In this document: piece after piece, positions 62,797-64,000 of the stretch
Layout: the number at the start of each line of letters is the position of its first letter
Numbering within the stretch: the stretch's first letter is position 1
Virus record (IMG/VR): IMGVR_UViG_3300010389_003143
Location: 16,059-80,058 of that record
Reading direction: 5' to 3' (one strand)
Source of the DNA: a virus
DNA: 64,000 bases
The notes under the pieces: model-generated
What the model was told of the DNA's origin: nothing
Databases searched by the model: none
What the model saw: the letters and a program-made list of their open reading frames with translations, nothing else
Program-made: the position numbers and the translations under genes

Positions 62797-63784
62797 TAGA
62801 CAGCTTAGAGTCATATTGACCGGTGTGGCAGGCCAAGATGGGTCATACCTGGCAGAATATTTAATTAAGCGAGGGTACTTCGTCTACGGTGTATCTCGTC
62901 GTAAGTCCGTTAACCAGGGTCATGAAAACATTGAACACCTTATTGATAATGACTCATTTCAATTATTAGAGGGTGACATTACCGATTCCACTTTTATCAG
63001 TCGCATTATTCATGACATCAAACCTCATGAATATTACAGCTTAGCTTCTCAGAGCCATGTAGGATACAGCTTTAAAAATCCACTTGATACTTTTAGAGTT
63101 ACTGGCGAAGCAGTTATTATGCAACTTGAGATGATTCGACATTACTCACCTGCAACACGCTTTTATCAAGCCAGTACCTCTGAGCTATTTGGAGGCTTGG
63201 ACTGTCCTAAGTCTGGTTATAGCGAAAACACGCCATTTCATCCACGCTCTCCATATGCTGTAGCCAAAGCTGCTGCCTTCTATGCAGTTCAGAATTATAG
63301 AGAAGCATATGGGCTTCACGCTTCAAATGGAATCTTATTTAATCACAGCAGCCCTCGTCGTGGTCATGATTTCGCTACTAGAAAGATGACCAGGGGCGTT
63401 GCCAGGATTAAGCTTGGCCTGCAAGATGCTTTAAAGATGGGCAACTTAGAAGCTGTCAGAGACGAGGGTCACGCTTACGATTACGTCAGGGCGATGCACC
63501 TAATATTGCTTCAGGATAAGCCTGATGATTATGTTATTGCTACAGGCAAGAGTGCTAGCATCCGTCAAATGTTAGAGCATATTTGCAATATAGCTGGGCT
63601 TAAGATTGAAGACGTATATGAAATGGATCAAAGGTTTATGCGCCCGTCAGATGTTCCATTCTTGCTTGGTGACGCCACTAAAGCACGAGAAATTTTAGGT
63701 TGGACTCCTGAGTATGACTGGAAAAAACTTCTAACTGAAATGTACCAAAATGATTATGCTGAAATATCATCGGATGAAGAATGA
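62786..63784 (+). CDS. gmd: GDP-mannose 4,6-dehydratase copy 2 (intact)
   Basis: LTGVAGQDGSYL, QSHV..SF, ASTSELFG, SPYAVAK, DYV.AM. Confidence 0.95.
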   Translation: MKNNRQLRVILTGVAGQDGSYLAEYLIKRGYFVYGVSRRKSVNQGHENIEHLIDNDSFQLLEGDITDSTFISRIIHDIKPHEYYSLASQSHVGYSFKNPLDTFRVTGEAVIMQLEMIRHYSPATRFYQASTSELFGGLDCPKSGYSENTPFHPRSPYAVAKAAAFYAVQNYREAYGLHASNGILFNHSSPRRGHDFATRKMTRGVARIKLGLQDALKMGNLEAVRDEGHAYDYVRAMHLILLQDKPDDYVIATGKSASIRQMLEHICNIAGLKIEDVYEMDQRFMRPSDVPFLLGDATKAREILGWTPEYDWKKLLTEMYQNDYAEISSDEE

Positions 63785-63882
63785 AAGAAAAACATATTCA
63801 AATTAGAATCGAGCAATGCCTATCTTTAGCCAAAGCATCAAACTGCCCTAGAAGAAAATTCGGGGCACTTCTGAATTTATAG
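63781..63882 (+). pseudogene. dCMP deaminase N-terminal fragment (33 aa)
   Basis: MKEKHIQIRIEQCLSLAKASNCPRRKFGALLNL*; A..S.C.RR..GA motif; ATGA-coupled to gmd; stops before the HAE/PCxxC motifs. Confidence 0.6.
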
Positions 63883-63957
63883 TCAAAAAATATATCAATA
63901 TTTTGAATAAGATTGAATGAGGTTAATATGTTATATTCTTTAGTAAATACATTATAT

Positions 63958-64000
63958 CTGTCTCTTATACACATCTGACGCTGCCGACGACTCCTTACGT
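63958..64000 (+). other. Illumina Nextera adapter read-through (artefact)
   Basis: Exact CTGTCTCTTATACACATCT-GACGCTGCCGACGA, then an 8-nt index CTCCTTAC and GT (start of the P5 complement). Confidence 0.98.

Noticed and set aside
63958-63976. Tn5 mosaic end as a real transposon end
   Set aside because: It is followed by the Nextera adapter and index; no transposase is present; library artefact
1-64000. Eukaryotic giant virus origin (SET, tubulin, gmd, MGC N-terminus)
   Set aside because: Shine-Dalgarno sites, overlapping operons, sigma70-like promoters, peptidoglycan hydrolases, DnaB/DnaC and Def point to a bacteriophage
1-64000. Stop-codon recoding
   Set aside because: Recognisable genes are full length in code 11 and end in TAA, TAG or TGA at the expected positions
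1-64000. CRISPR array, tRNA, rRNA, DGR or retron
   Set aside because: No regularly spaced repeats, cloverleaf or reverse transcriptase seen by eye; tRNAscan and Infernal were not run

Overview
This 64 kb window is an AT-rich, gene-dense segment, almost all on the minus strand, from a large (jumbo-like) dsDNA bacteriophage using the standard genetic code. Evidence for a phage: Shine-Dalgarno sites, sigma70-like promoters, two peptidoglycan hydrolases and tail-fibre-like proteins. It also carries DnaB, a DnaC-like loader, an SF2 helicase, NrdAB, ThyX, dUTPase, TopA, PhoH, ClpP, Def and a tubulin/FtsZ-family GTPase. Five inteins are present (NrdA, SpoVR, PrkA, ThyX, SF2 helicase), plus at least three free-standing endonuclease genes. 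The most striking locus is a complete prkA(yeaG)-yeaH-spoVR(ycgB) operon extended by a diadenylate-cyclase (DisA_N/DAC) gene and closed by a terminator; two of its genes carry inteins in conserved motifs. Other notable items are an in-frame glycosyltransferase-tubulin fusion with an internal RBS and start, and a 41-49 kb variable region. That region has GC-rich gene cassettes joined by a repeated 17-bp RBS/stop/start motif and small ORFs resembling fragments of terminase, portal, major capsid and EF-Tu. There are also Hfq-like, YacG-like and SET proteins, a myxobacterial-type vWA lipoprotein, and a divergent gmd duplication around an HNH gene. The last 43 bp are Illumina Nextera adapter. All family calls come from motif recognition by eye; no database search was run.
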